DNA of 64,000 nt from the NCBI RefSeq assembly GCF_037042905.1, contig NC_087245.1, positions 8,930,001 through 8,994,000 on the forward strand. The letters run 5' to 3'. The stretch's first letter is position 1. Every line of letters starts with the position of its first letter. Source of the stretch: Lytechinus pictus. Its lineage: Eukaryota. A model generated the notes under the pieces. It made no database searches, was not told the DNA's origin, and saw only the letters and a list, made by a program, of their open reading frames with translations. Positions 40,436 to 52,095 of the stretch are shown piece after piece. Both the position numbers and the translations under genes were made by a program.

Positions 40436-43400
40436 TCGATTTAAGTTATGGAGGGGTACAAGAATAAGATCAATATTATGTTTAGAACTATCGAGAAACA
40501 ACTCAAATAAAACAATTTCAAATCATCTATTAACTTTTGATAAATCTTATTGTTATTTGCATTTTACATCTATTTTCAGAAATAATGAGGAATTGTTTCA
40601 CGAAACGACTATGTAAAAGATATAAGTGATAGCATTGTTATTTTGTATGAATAAAATCACTGCTGAATTAGCTGAAAATTTACTTTATCTAGTTAGATTC
40701 ATTAAGTTAAATTACTTGATTTATTCAATTAATCAAAAAAAGTTTGCGTCACCCAATATATGGTATGTTTCTTCCGGAACGAAAAAAAAGCGAAAAAGAA
40801 ACAAATAATCAAAAGCATGATGTATGCGTACCGATTTGATTTACAAAAAAATATATTTTCTGCACTGGTAGAGTCCGATAGTAAGCTAAAACTTTTGTTT
40901 CGATACTAAAAAATCGGTAACTGAAAGGTTAATTTGTTTAAAAAGTTTTATTTCCGGGATCACAAAATGCAAATAATAAACAGTTAACAATTGCAGATCA
41001 CTTCCGTCGTTAAGCAGTGTCCTATCTTGTAAACAGTAATAAGCGATGATTGGCATTAAGTCGAAAATGAAATTATAAGCCGTTTTAACTGGCATTGATT
41101 CAAATGCTCTCTAACTATATAACAAACTCTCCTTTGTTGATTACCTATCTGATTTGTGTAATTAACCACGTCGATGATGCATTTGAATCTTAAATTATCC
41201 GCATAGTTTATTTTTTTCGGAAGCGTCCATGAAGGCTTGTGGTTTGATTTACAAACAATACATTCTAGGTCATAAGTAATTTTTGTAATCACCGCTCAAA
41301 TATAAGTAAATACCTGGTAAAAATAAAATGTTTCCTCTCGTGCTTCTATCATATTATGTGACAAAGGGTCGGTGTTTCTGGTCAGAAACAGAATTGAACA
41401 GACTTGGAAAATAAAATCCGTTTTCTACTCATCCAACATTCATCAATAGGGGAAAAAGTTAAATCGATACAATTCAGTACCAACAAAGGGTCGGGAGGGG
41501 GGGGGGGGGGGAGGGGGGTAAGGATAGAAAATATTTGAAAAATGAGGCCAAGGTGTTGGGGTTTTTATGGTAAATCTTTGTTAATGGCTTCAATTCGACT
41601 AGGTTGTATTAATCTTTTATTTTGTGTATTTGGAAATCTCTATGTTGTGAATATTTGACACTAGAAAAGAATTGAGTACATTGATTTTATTAGGTTTTAT
41701 TGTAACACTAAAGGAAAAAAGAGAAAATGTAAAGTGTAAATTATATGAGTTTTCAATGTATTCATATATTAATTTGTAAATATATATTTCATTAGATGTA
41801 TGTATTTAATTTTGCATATGAATTGAAGTTGTTGACAAATAAAAACTTTTTAATACAAAAAAAAATTATTTCTATGAGGCGCTTTCAGCAAAGAGAAGAT
41901 TATACCAGTTGTCTCTATAAATTCTGATGGATAATATTTTAGGGAAAAAATGTTGGATGAGAGGAAATAAGATTTTACTTGTACATCTATTTACTTCGCT
42001 TTTAAACATACGTATGCACTTGATCAACACCACATTATATCTACTACTCCATTGTAGTGCGCGTTCAAAAATAATTATATTCGTGATCAATGAATCGTTT
42101 TCTTTTAAAACCATTTTGCCAGATGTGGTAGTTGAAAGTGCAGTCAATTACTCAGCAAGTATAGATATGAAAAACAAGATGTCGATATTTACGCTTGCAT
42201 GTTTCTGATATTGTTACAACTTTAGAAAATGCGCCCACGCTCAAGCTTTGGAATAAAAAAGGATCGGATTTCATATTTCTTATATGAATAGAAGTGCAGT
42301 CATACTTAACATTATATCGAAAGGCTGTCTCTAGCTCATTTTAAGGAGTATCAGCTGTAAAAAGGTCACAGGTGATTTTGCAAGTAACTCCTACTTACCT
42401 GCTTTATTCACAATTTTCTCGCGATGAAATTTCATATCGAACTCAAACAATCGTACTAATATCCGTATTCGACCCACTTTCCGTCTTGTTACACCAAAGA
42501 TTCTCAAAGTCATTGTGCCATTGGATTTCATTTGACGCGTTTTTCTAAAGAGAATCGCGCCCTCTGGCTACGAAGGATTCATATTTCATGATCATGTTCG
42601 ATCGAAGGAGGGAGGTGATTCCTTGCAAACACAAATCAGTTGCGTCTCAAATCGATGACGACAATACAGTGGATTATAATAGCGCCCTCGACAAAGCTTG
42701 TCGTGCCCCTTTTATTATTTTTTTGTAGTGGAATATATTATTGGAAATCAAAGAAAGGCAACTTTATCGTCGTTATGAACTTTCAGCCTGACAACTTTAC
42801 CGCTTAACAGTTTGACTACCACGCCTATGCGAGAAAGGTGTGGTTGTTTCGCGTCTTTGACCATCTTTTAAATAAATTATCGTTCCTTTTTTCATTCGTT
42901 GCGGATCTTCTTCTTCTTTATCTTCTTCAACAGCATGGAAACTCTAGGATGTAATTAAAACATGCACGCACCCCATTCACATGCACGTCCATGTTACATC
43001 CACAAAATAATGTAATAACGCCAACAAATGTAATAACACTTTACCCACAAATGTAATAATTTCACCCACAAATGTAAAAATGCACTTTACCCACAAATGT
43101 AATAATTTTTTATCATGTAATAATGACTTTACCCACACATGTAATAAATTTGAAGGGATTTTCGGCGAATTTGTTCTAAACTAAAACCCTATAGTAATGC
43201 GTTCATATAGCTCAAAGTCACATTCTTTTCTCCAGACTCGGTAACATTTAAACAATCTTCCAAGCAAAGACCCCACAATTAAATCTTCCTAATGTTGAAT
43301 AAAATAGAAATATAGCGAAGTCTTTCCTCCAGACCCAGATATTTCAAATAGCAAATAATACAACAAAACAGATAATGATAATAACAATAATAATGATGAT

Positions 43401-43859
43401 AATAAAAAAGATCCCATGATCTTATTAATGTTAAATAACATGGAAATATAGCGTAATCTTTCCTTCAGACCTAGTTATTAAAAAATCATAAAAAAACAAA
43501 CAACAACAAAAGACCCCACAGTCTTATCAACGTTGAATAGCCTTCTTCTTCTTTTGTCTTGGGGTGTGTTGGCAACCAGTCAAGAAAATGACTATTTTTG
43601 CCACTGCTTTAATTTAGAGCCTTCTTTGAGAGGATGAAAAAGCTTCTTTCCCTTCATCTTTTTTCTCCTTTTTCTATTCTACTTTCCTTTTTTTTCTTCT
43701 CATTTTTTTCATTTTTTCTCCCTTTGTTTTCTTTTCTGTTAATCTTTCTCTTTATGTCTTTTTCTTTTCTTTTCTTTTTTCTACCTCTTTTTTTCTTTTA
43801 TCTTTTTTTACTTAATTTTTTTTCTGTTTTCTTTTTGTTTTCTTATGCTTTTTCTTCAA

Positions 43860-44445
43860 AATCTTAACCTGAGGTTAAGTTTTTGAAAGGTCGTCATAAC
43901 TTAGAAAATATATACACCTAGTTCATGAAACTTGGACATAAGATGAATCAAGTATTACTAAACATCCTGCCGGAGTTTCAAGTCACATGACTAAGGTCAA
44001 AGGTCAATTAGGGTCAATGAACTTTGGCCAAGTTGGGGGTATCTGTTGAATTACCATCATAACTTTGAAAGTTTTTTGGTCTAGTTCATAAAACATGGAC
44101 ACAAGAGTAATCAAGTATCACTGAACATCCTGTGCGACTATCAGATCTAATGATCAAGGTCAAAGGTCATTAAAGGTCATTGATCTTTGGCCATTTTTAG
44201 ATTGCTGTCATAACTTTCAAAGTTTATAGATATAGTTTATAACATGTGGATATAGGGGTAATCAAGTATCACTGACAAGTCTTAGGTCGCATGATCAAGG
44301 TCAAATGTCATTTATTTTCAATGAATATAGTATTGTATCATTATGTGAATGGTGTGTTTTGGGAATAATTATTTTATAGTAGTTTTCACAGTCAGCACTG
44401 CTGCTATATAGAATCGCGTTAGACTGCCAGAGGCGCTCCACTTGT
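43860..44445 (+). mobile_element. 5'-truncated copy of the HINE-like element, nested in the foldback element
   Basis: Inverse homologue of 22393-23140; ends agactgccagaggcgctccacttgt; contains aaggtcaaaggtca units. Confidence 0.8.
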
Positions 44446-44501
44446 TTTGTTCTGTTTTGCTATTCTAAATAAACTGGTCTGGTAAAACTAAGTATACGTA
44501 A

Positions 44502-44976
44502 AGCCCCCGTCACACTTATTCCGAATCAAACATAATCAGCCGGAATTAAATTACTATTGTTCGACCACAAACTGGTCTAGTTTTAGAAGAAAAATAATAC
44601 ATAGAATGCAGTAAGAATGTACTTTGAACACCGTTCGATATTCTTTCCACTTCGAACACACCTCAAAATTTCGAACATTACCTAAACGTTTTAGCGCCCA
44701 CAAGAACTGGCCCGAATATTCCGAATGCAATTATGAAACAGTCAGAATTTTTAGAATGCCCCTCGAATATCCAAGAACTCAGCACAAATTGTAAACCTGA
44801 CTCCATTGAGGCTCATTTCGACGTATAGTGAGTCGCCTGATAAATTTACCCTATTAGAACTCCAGTTGGGTGAATTCGGACCCCCTCCCATAATTTTTCT
44901 AGATTTTTTAAATCTTTATTCATTCCAGCTGATTCTGCTTGATTCCTACTGATTCCTAATACGTGTGATGGGGGTT
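44502..44976. mobile_element. PIF/Harbinger-like MITE nested in the foldback element
   Basis: TIR agcccccgtcacac / gtgtgatgggggtt; flanks taa and tta form an imperfect TWA-type target. Confidence 0.6.
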
Positions 44977-45079
44977 TTATAGTTTGGAAAATGCTGGGGT
45001 CTTAGTTATAATGTTAATGTTTTGTTTAATTTGTATTTTTAAAAGAACTGGGTGTGGAGTAGACAGTGCTCTAAACCCA

Positions 45080-45258
45080 TGTGTGTGTGTGTGTGTGTAC
45101 TTGAGTTTTGTCAGACGTGTATAAATCAGATATGATTATTTACGTCTGGGACCGACCTTTAACGTCACCATCCGAAAGACGTGACCAGGGCTCGAAACTC
45201 TGCATCAATTTGTAACTTCCCCACAGCTTGGATTACAGGCGCACGCCACAACGCCCAG
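45080..45258 (-). mobile_element. 7SL RNA-derived SINE, copy 1
   Basis: Minus strand starts ctgggcgttgtggcgtgcgcctgtaatccaagct, like the 5' Alu domain of 7SL. It continues with B-box-like tttcgagccc, core gtctttcggatggtgacgttaaaggtcggtccc and a (CA)n tail. Confidence 0.75.
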
Positions 45259-45467
45259 TTAATTGCATGCATTTTTAAAAGATCAGTCTTAGCTTCAGAT
45301 TTTTTTTTTCATTTTTTTTTAATAACCGGGTCTAGACGAAAGATTAAGCTTAATACTTAATGTTACTCCACTGGAATAAGAATAAAACAGGGTCTTAAGT
45401 TTTTAAGATTGTTTAAATTATTTGTAAATGACTTGGTCTGAAATAAAGACAACACTCTAGACGTGCT

Positions 45468-45650
45468 CTGGGCGTTGTGGCGTGCGCCTGTAATCCAAGC
45501 TGTGGGGAAGTTACAAATTGATGCAGAGGTTCGAGGTTCGAGCCCTGGTCACGTCTTTCGGATGGTGACGTTAAAGGTCGGTCCCAGACGTAAATAATCA
45601 TATCTGATTGATACACGTCTGACAAAACTCAAATATACACACACACACAC
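45468..45650 (+). mobile_element. 7SL RNA-derived SINE, copy 2
   Basis: Near-identical inverted copy of 45080-45258; B box ggttcgagccc with a 7-nt duplication gaggttc; (CA)n tail. Confidence 0.75.
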
Positions 45651-47993
45651 TCTTCTACATGGTCTTAGTTTTAGAGAAGTATTGGTTCTTGGATTCATAT
45701 TTAGGGGGTTGGGTCTTATTGCTTTTTATTCTTGAAATAACCGGGTCTGGAGGAAGGTCTACAATTGATTTTCATGTTATTCCACAGGAATTAGATTACG
45801 GGGTATTTGTTTGGAATATTTTTAAAACTGTTTTATTAAAAAAAATATTAATAACCGAGTCTGGAGTAAGAATGCTTTCTTAACCCATGCATTATTACAA
45901 TGTTTTGTTGTGGTCTTAGTTTGTATAAAAAAAAAGAAAAATACTATGTGTGGGTTAGAGACAATTCTCTAAACCCACATTTTGTCTTTACTGGATCTCA
46001 ATTTTGCAGATTGGTCTTAGCTTTGAGGTTTTTTATTCATTTTTAAATAACCGATTCTGGAGGAAAGACTACGATTTAATACTTGTGTTATTCTACAAGA
46101 ATAAGAATATGATAGGGTCTTAGTTTATAATATTTTTCCCGTAATTTTTTAAATGACTAGGTCTGGAAAAAAGACAACGCTCTAAACCTCTAATTTATTA
46201 CAGGTTCTTAATTTAAAGATTTTGAGTTTTTTTAATCATTATTAGCGTTATTTCCCAAAAAAAAGTAATTAATGAGATTATTGGTTCTTTATATATTTTT
46301 TGTATTGTTATTCATCATTTTGAAATAACTGGGTTTGGAGGAAAGACTATATTTTCATGATATTCAACATTACCAAGAGTGTAGGCTCTTTGTTTTTGTT
46401 TTTTTCGTTTTTGAGATTTTTTTTTATAAAAAAAAAAACTGGGTCTGGAGAAAAGAGTACGCTTTATTTCCATGTTATTCAACATTATTAAGATTGTGTG
46501 GTCTTTTTTATGTTGGAAGATTCGTTAAATGTTATAAATACTAGCAACCCGGTCCGGAGAAAAGTCTTTGCGCCTTTGCCCTAACTGAATGCATTGTTAC
46601 AGGGTTTTAGTTTGGAAAATATTACTTCAACTTTATTACATTTGTGGGTAAAGTCAGTATTACATTTGTGGGTAAAGTGCATTATTACATTTTGTGGGTG
46701 AAATTATTACATTTGTTGGTAAAGTGTTATTACATTTGTGGACGTTATTACATTTTTGGGAGTTATTACATTTGTGGGTGTAGCAGTCCATGACCTTACT
46801 TTCACACACGTACCTTCCCACACACACCATCCCTCACCTTCACCCTCACACACCGGCGCACGAACACCTACCCCATAACCTGCATATGCCCACCATTTCA
46901 CCTTCACACACGCACGCCCACCGGAACCCACGAATGCCACTCTCACCTATACACAAATCCACTCACTCACCTTCACTCTCGCACGCCCACCCCCACCCAC
47001 ACACTTCACATACGCACGCCCACCCCTACCTTACGCAAGCACCTTCACACGTTTTTTTTTTCATGATCTTTTTTGTAATTACATTTCATTTAAAAATAGA
47101 ATATCGATACATCCATATCAATAAACATATTTAATCATATACAAGAAGGAATTTAACCTATTCTAATAATATTTTACACACACATTCACCCTTACACACG
47201 CCAACCTTACCACTCACACATACCCTCGCCCTCACCATCTTTTTCACTCACACACTCTCACTCCCTCCTTCACACGCGCACACAATTATACAGAAGGAAA
47301 GGGTGGGAGCGGAAGTTGCTGATACAGCAAAACGAACATACATTTAAATGAAATTGTGATTTACCGGCATCTTTATTGGAATCCAATCATGATGATCAAA
47401 TTCAAGGGCAAAATAATATAAGGGGTGAGGGTGATCAGGGTTTACGGGCCTTATTTCACCCAATTATGATTATTCTGTTCATTCTTACAGATTTTTGTTT
47501 GTATATATTTGTTTATGTTGTAGGCGTACGAATATTAGGAAAACCAACTAAGATGTAATAAAATACTTACACGATTTTGATCTTTGATTAAAAAAAGTTT
47601 TACAGTTATTAGTAAGCTCTTACTTGCCAGGATGTACGCTTCGTCGGACTTTCAACGTAGATGGCGTTGTAGCTGATGCAGCACATTCCCAGATTTTCAG
47701 CTGATGAATAAAATTGTTTATTTTCCGTAACGGAGAAAAAATAGGGAGGGTAATATATATTATTTTTTCCTTTTTTTTTAAGCTATGATAATTTTATAAA
47801 AAATAGATCTTATATTAATTCAATATGCGGATTGGGTTTCTTCCAGCCACAATGGTTTTCTGCTCACATTGTGGACGATTTTTACTACACTATTCACCAA
47901 TTATATCAGGTTTATTTGTTTAAAAAATGAGGATAAATGTATGAACATTAGTGTCGATCGGTTTACGGGAAATAAACTTTTTTATGAGTAACT

Positions 47994-48292
47994 AACCGCC
48001 CTATCACACGGTGAAAAAAAAAATCGTAATTTGAGTGACTCCAGTGAAAGATAAGGCTAATGACGAATTTTTAGCACGTGTGAAACCAAACTAGAATCAC
48101 GAACGCTAATCACAATCACAAATTAAAATTCTACTCTGGAGGTGAATTCCAGTCAGGTTTCACTCAAATTACGGTACGAATTTTACATGTGAAAAGCTTG
48201 ACCTCGAAAATATCTTTTGGGGAGGAGCTTGTAATTTGAATTGTAATCATCAATACAATGGTGATTCAAGATTCACGGGTGAAAAGGCCCTT
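47994..48292. mobile_element. Degenerate MITE (Harbinger-like termini)
   Basis: ccgccctatcacacggtg ... cacgggtgaaaaggccc are imperfect inverted termini, with internal cacgtgtgaaa-like repeats. Confidence 0.45.
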
Positions 48293-48405
48293 AAACAATA
48301 GAAGGAACGTGTATTTCCTTAAGCATGCTCAAGATCCAACCAGTCGTGCAAATTGCTCCTTACTAGAATTATGTTCACATTTTCATTTATTTTTTTCGTA
48401 ATTAG

Positions 48406-48558
48406 TTCTTGTCAGCACTGTTGTCGGGGTCAATATTCGCCAGTGCGACGTTGAGACGGAATTCGAGTGTGAGCCTGGAGTCTGCATACCAAGAAACCTG
48501 ACATGTAATGGTATATTCGATTGCGAACTTGGTCAGGACGAGGAAGTTGCATTTTGCG
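48406..48558 (+). CDS. Coding exon with one LDL-receptor class A (LDLa) domain
   Basis: ttttttcgtaattag|...|gtaaga; 153 nt, phase 1-1. Translates (x)LVSTVVGVNIRQCDVETEFECEPGVCIPRNLTCNGIFDCELGQDEEVAFC, with six Cys in LDLa spacing, FxC, CIP and the DCxxGxDE acidic motif. Confidence 0.9.
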
Positions 48559-48949
48559 GTAAGAATGTTATGTTTATAATGAGTTTCGTGAGGTCAACCC
48601 TAACGTTGAATTAAAATATTTGACAGTAAATACGGATTATTAGGATGATCACCAAAATCACCGTATATCTGTCATTTCTGATACATATTTCACTTGATTG
48701 TGTCTCAGAGAAAATCATTGAGAAGATATTGCATAATTACCGGTATATATTTTATCATTGAATTTAAAATTCAGTGTAAATATTCAATTTGTATCTTATT
48801 TGTGATAGTTAAAGCCAAACTAGAAGTACATTAAATCTAGGTCTAACATTTGATATCGGTAATAAACATTTTAAGTGTGATCAACAAGTATGACGTTTTC
48901 TATGCCTGTTCGTAAAACTCATTCAGATTTCGATTTTCTTCTGCCACAG

Positions 48950-48969
48950 GCCAGTATTTTATCGGATAA
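48950..48969 (+). CDS. Candidate terminal coding exon of the LDLa gene
   Basis: Acceptor ttttcttctgccacag, phase-compatible (G)QYFIG-TAA, and an aataaa about 90 nt downstream. Confidence 0.3.
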
Positions 48970-49626
48970 CTTTTTGATTAATGTTTTTATGACTTCAAAA
49001 TTTACTTAAATGTGGATTTATCATAACATACTTTATATACACATGTCATAAAAGGGCAAAATAAATCAATTCACTGGAAAACGGTGCGTATGCTCGTAAA
49101 ACCCGCTACCGGTTGTATTAAAGAACGAATGTAATAGGTTAATAATTTTCAGTTTGATCACATTACCGGAGCAAATCAGTTTACAAACTAAACCAAGCAA
49201 TCTAAAAAAAATCCTTATCATTGTTGAAATTGCTATGGAATAAAACTATTACTGGACACCCAGTAACGTCGAGGATCCCGCTAAACGCAACCATGACAAC
49301 CGCACACCTCACAGCTGCAATACGATCAGTGTTTGGAACAAATCTGGAAATGTATGAATATGATTTTCTATATGAGGTTCAAGTTATCAATTTTTGTAAA
49401 AATTGCATGAATTTGTTTTGGAGTAAAGTCTAAAGTGCTTTGAAATCGCAACCGATCGTAATATCCGATTATTCTAATGTTGTGACGTTCTCACGATTAA
49501 AAACTCGCATCATTTAGCTACATTTTATTCCAAAATCGGATCACAGACCAATCGGAAGGTGGGCGGTGGCCTTGACGCAACCATGCGTTCTGACGTACAC
49601 TGCTACTGCAGCTATGTTGTCATTGT

Positions 49627-50220
49627 CTACACCGCATCGATGACATGTACTGCCTGTACCTGACTTCTATGATGGTACCCAACGCATGTTTTCACGGTGG
49701 CCTTAAATTCATTTGATCTAACCCAATAAATAACTGGGTTGGCAATCAAATTGGTATTATATGATAAATTTCCGATTCTATACCATGTTGTATTCAATTT
49801 ATTCGATAATCCATAAACACATAGCGGCATCCAAAGAGAGAACGATGTGACATAAATAGCGGCAAATGTTTTCAGCAACTGGCGATTTTCCTTCAAGCGG
49901 AGATCATTTACACCTGCCCCTGTCCGCGTCACACTGGTGTAAAGAAGTGTATAAGAGAGTCCTGTAAGTATGAACAATAAGAGGATACAAATAGATAGCG
50001 GCACTCCTATCCGATTTTCGGAAAGGATCAGCTCTACGTAAAGCGGGAAAAAGCCGGTCATCCAGGCCAGTATGCAGGCAACGATACATCGCGGTGTGGT
50101 GACGAGATTATTGACTCCAAACGGATCAACTTGCACGGTAACGAAGCGATAGATAGCCACAAGAAGAATATTGAGTGTCGAGACAGCTGTACACGAATTC
50201 CATGAAGCGTTGTATAGAGG
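49627..50220 (-). CDS. Rhodopsin-class GPCR paralogue 1, coding exon 2 (TM3-TM7)
   Basis: Acceptor ...ccaaatgcag|CCT, phase 0. Motifs AIYRF (DRY position), TM4 W, FSLWMP and NPVIY; stop TAG at 49627-49629. Confidence 0.92.
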   Translation of the reverse strand, partial: PLYNASWNSCTAVSTLNILLVAIYRFVTVQVDPFGVNNLVTTPRCIVACILAWMTGFFPLYVELILSENRIGVPLSICILLLFILTGLSYTLLYTSVTRTGAGVNDLRLKENRQLLKTFAAIYVTSFSLWMPLCVYGLSNKLNTTWYRIGNLSYNTNLIANPVIYWVRSNEFKATVKTCVGYHHRSQVQAVHVIDAV

Positions 50221-51828
50221 CTGCATTTGGAATTGAAACAAATACAAAAAATTCCATTTACTTATATTTACCTAATTATTCATAACGCGATTTGTGATGT
50301 CAAAATTTATCAAAACAGCTGCATGTGCCAGATCATAATATTTGTGGGTATTTGTTTGTTAAACTCGTAACTTGCTCTTGACGTTTGAACCTTTAGGAAA
50401 TAATGATTTTGACTTTTGAAAGCTTAGCGGTATGAACTAAAATCCAGATCACACTATTGGTCTGCCCAGTCAGGGGGGGGGGGGCAGGGATATGTCCCTT
50501 GCATGGGTTGTGACTCGACAGGGGGGCAGTCTGCCCCCTCTGCCCCCCCCCCCCCCCCGTGTAGGTACGCGAGTGGGTCTGCCTCGTAGTGATTTTTACC
50601 TGATTGCTAAGAAAACATAAAAAGCCTGTAAGCAAGCAGCCAGGGGATCGAATTTTCTCAATTCACTTATTGACCTGCGTCTTACCTCAGTTGACGACAG
50701 GTATGCGTCATTGAGCAAGAAAACATAGACCTGCACTTAGAGGCATTGCAAGAAACTTATATTCAACTGTAAAGCAGGCGCAAAGCCCAAATCAGTCGTA
50801 ATTAGGCGGTGCAAGAAATTTGAGTTGCCATTCAACGCAAATTAATTACATTGTATGCAACTTACGTAGAGGGCAGCAACACACATCAGTGTTGCTATTA
50901 ATGGAGTTTTAGGAGCAGTGAACGAGAACGACGTAGCAGTCCTCTGATCGTTTGAGTCAACGTCGTCGTCTGCCCTTGTTCATTACAATTGCGAATACTT
51001 TAGATTTCACTCGACTTGTACGTGTACGTACATCCACGTGAAACAGCGCGATAACCAGCGGGTCATGATCCGCTGCCCGACCCGGAAGATCAGGCGTACC
51101 ATCGCCTGGCGACCCGGTCGGGTGATGCGAAGGTGCAGCAACTTCCACTATGATTTAGGAGAACCTCAAAATGGATGTGGCGAGGTTCTCGATTCTGATA
51201 GTGGACGTGTGTGAGGACCTGATGCATATGGCAGGCCAAAAAATGACGTCATCTCGTACCAGATCACTATGTGGACGTACATTTCTAAAAGTGCTCAATG
51301 GAAGGTCCACTCGATACGCGCATACAATGTTTTGAAATCGGCCGTGAATAATGCGTGTGAGGAATTTGATACTGGCCCAAAATCACAAATTTTGAGGATA
51401 ACCGGAGGATGGACACGGAGTGAAATACGGGTGTAGAGTAAGTTATTAAGCTATTTATCTTTCTCGTTATATTTTTTTTCTCTATTTTTTACAATAAACC
51501 ATCATTTCATCCCCCATTGTCACTCGGTATATCCGAACTGGTTCACCGTCCCGAAGTTCGGGTAGGTGGAGCGTAGTTTAGCGGTAGTGAAGTGGAGTGG
51601 AGCCTGCACGAACTTCGCCCGAGGTAACTGTACATGTGTCCATAGTGTTGAATTGTCTTCGCACTACTTAATTTCAATTATGTGAATCACGTCTTCACAT
51701 AGTACACTGGGTGAAACCGTGTTCTTTCCAGCAAGTTTAATTTAGAATTTAATTTACATATATATTTTTTGCAAGCTTCATAATAATATCCGAGAAACAT
51801 ATTCTATGTGCTGAAATTTTAGACCTAC

Positions 51829-52095
51829 CCTTGGTTGACTGTCGTACATACCGAGGAGGGAAATAACAGCAGAGGTGAGGTCTATAAGCGCCATGTTGAA
51901 AGTGAAGATGTTATGCTGTTTTCTTAATCTAGGTGATGAGAGGATGAAGAGGAGAATGAGCCCGTTGAGAATGACAGATATGGCAGTCAATGGAGTATTC
52001 ACCATCTCGTAATAGGTATACCCTGATTCAGCAAGCTGATTTTCATTTGGAGTAGGAATGCTTTGCACTTTATCTGTTCCCATATCTGATTCCAT
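51829..52095 (-). CDS. Rhodopsin-class GPCR paralogue 1, coding exon 1 (N-terminus, TM1-TM2)
   Basis: ATG at 52095 (MESDMGTDK...); ILNGLI (N1.50), SPRLRKQHNIFTFNMALIDL (D2.50); donor AGG|gtaggt, phase 0. Spliced product is 286 aa. Confidence 0.9.

Larger units (their letters stand above)
42992..46785. mobile_element. 3.8-kb foldback-type non-autonomous DNA transposon with modular tandem-repeat TIRs
   Basis: Termini TGTTACATCCACAAA / TTTGTGGGTGTAGCA; 5-bp TSD gtcca (42987-42991, 46786-46790). The outer TIR domain is made of cccacaaatgtaataa repeats and the inner domain of ~110-130-bp units containing gggtctggaggaaagact. Confidence 0.85.

Noticed and set aside
42992..43150. Regularly spaced short repeats resembling a CRISPR array (also 46630-46785 and 22500-23100)
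   Set aside because: Eukaryotic context, no unique spacers of constant length and no cas genes. The repeats are transposon TIR or internal tandem units.
43634..43867. F/L/S-rich hydrophobic ORFs (also 53653-54221 and 57107-57454) and the H/T/P-rich ORF 46790-47134
   Set aside because: Translations of polypyrimidine or CA-rich low-complexity tracts.
45468..45650. A genuine 7SL (SRP) RNA gene, or human Alu contamination
   Set aside because: Only ~40 nt resemble 7SL. There is no S domain, no Alu dimer or poly(A), and it is followed by an unrelated core and (CA)n tail embedded in local repeats.
48406..52095. Joining the LDLa exon to the GPCR to make an RXFP/GRL101-like receptor
   Set aside because: They are on opposite strands, no LRR exons are visible, and the GPCRs have their own start codons.
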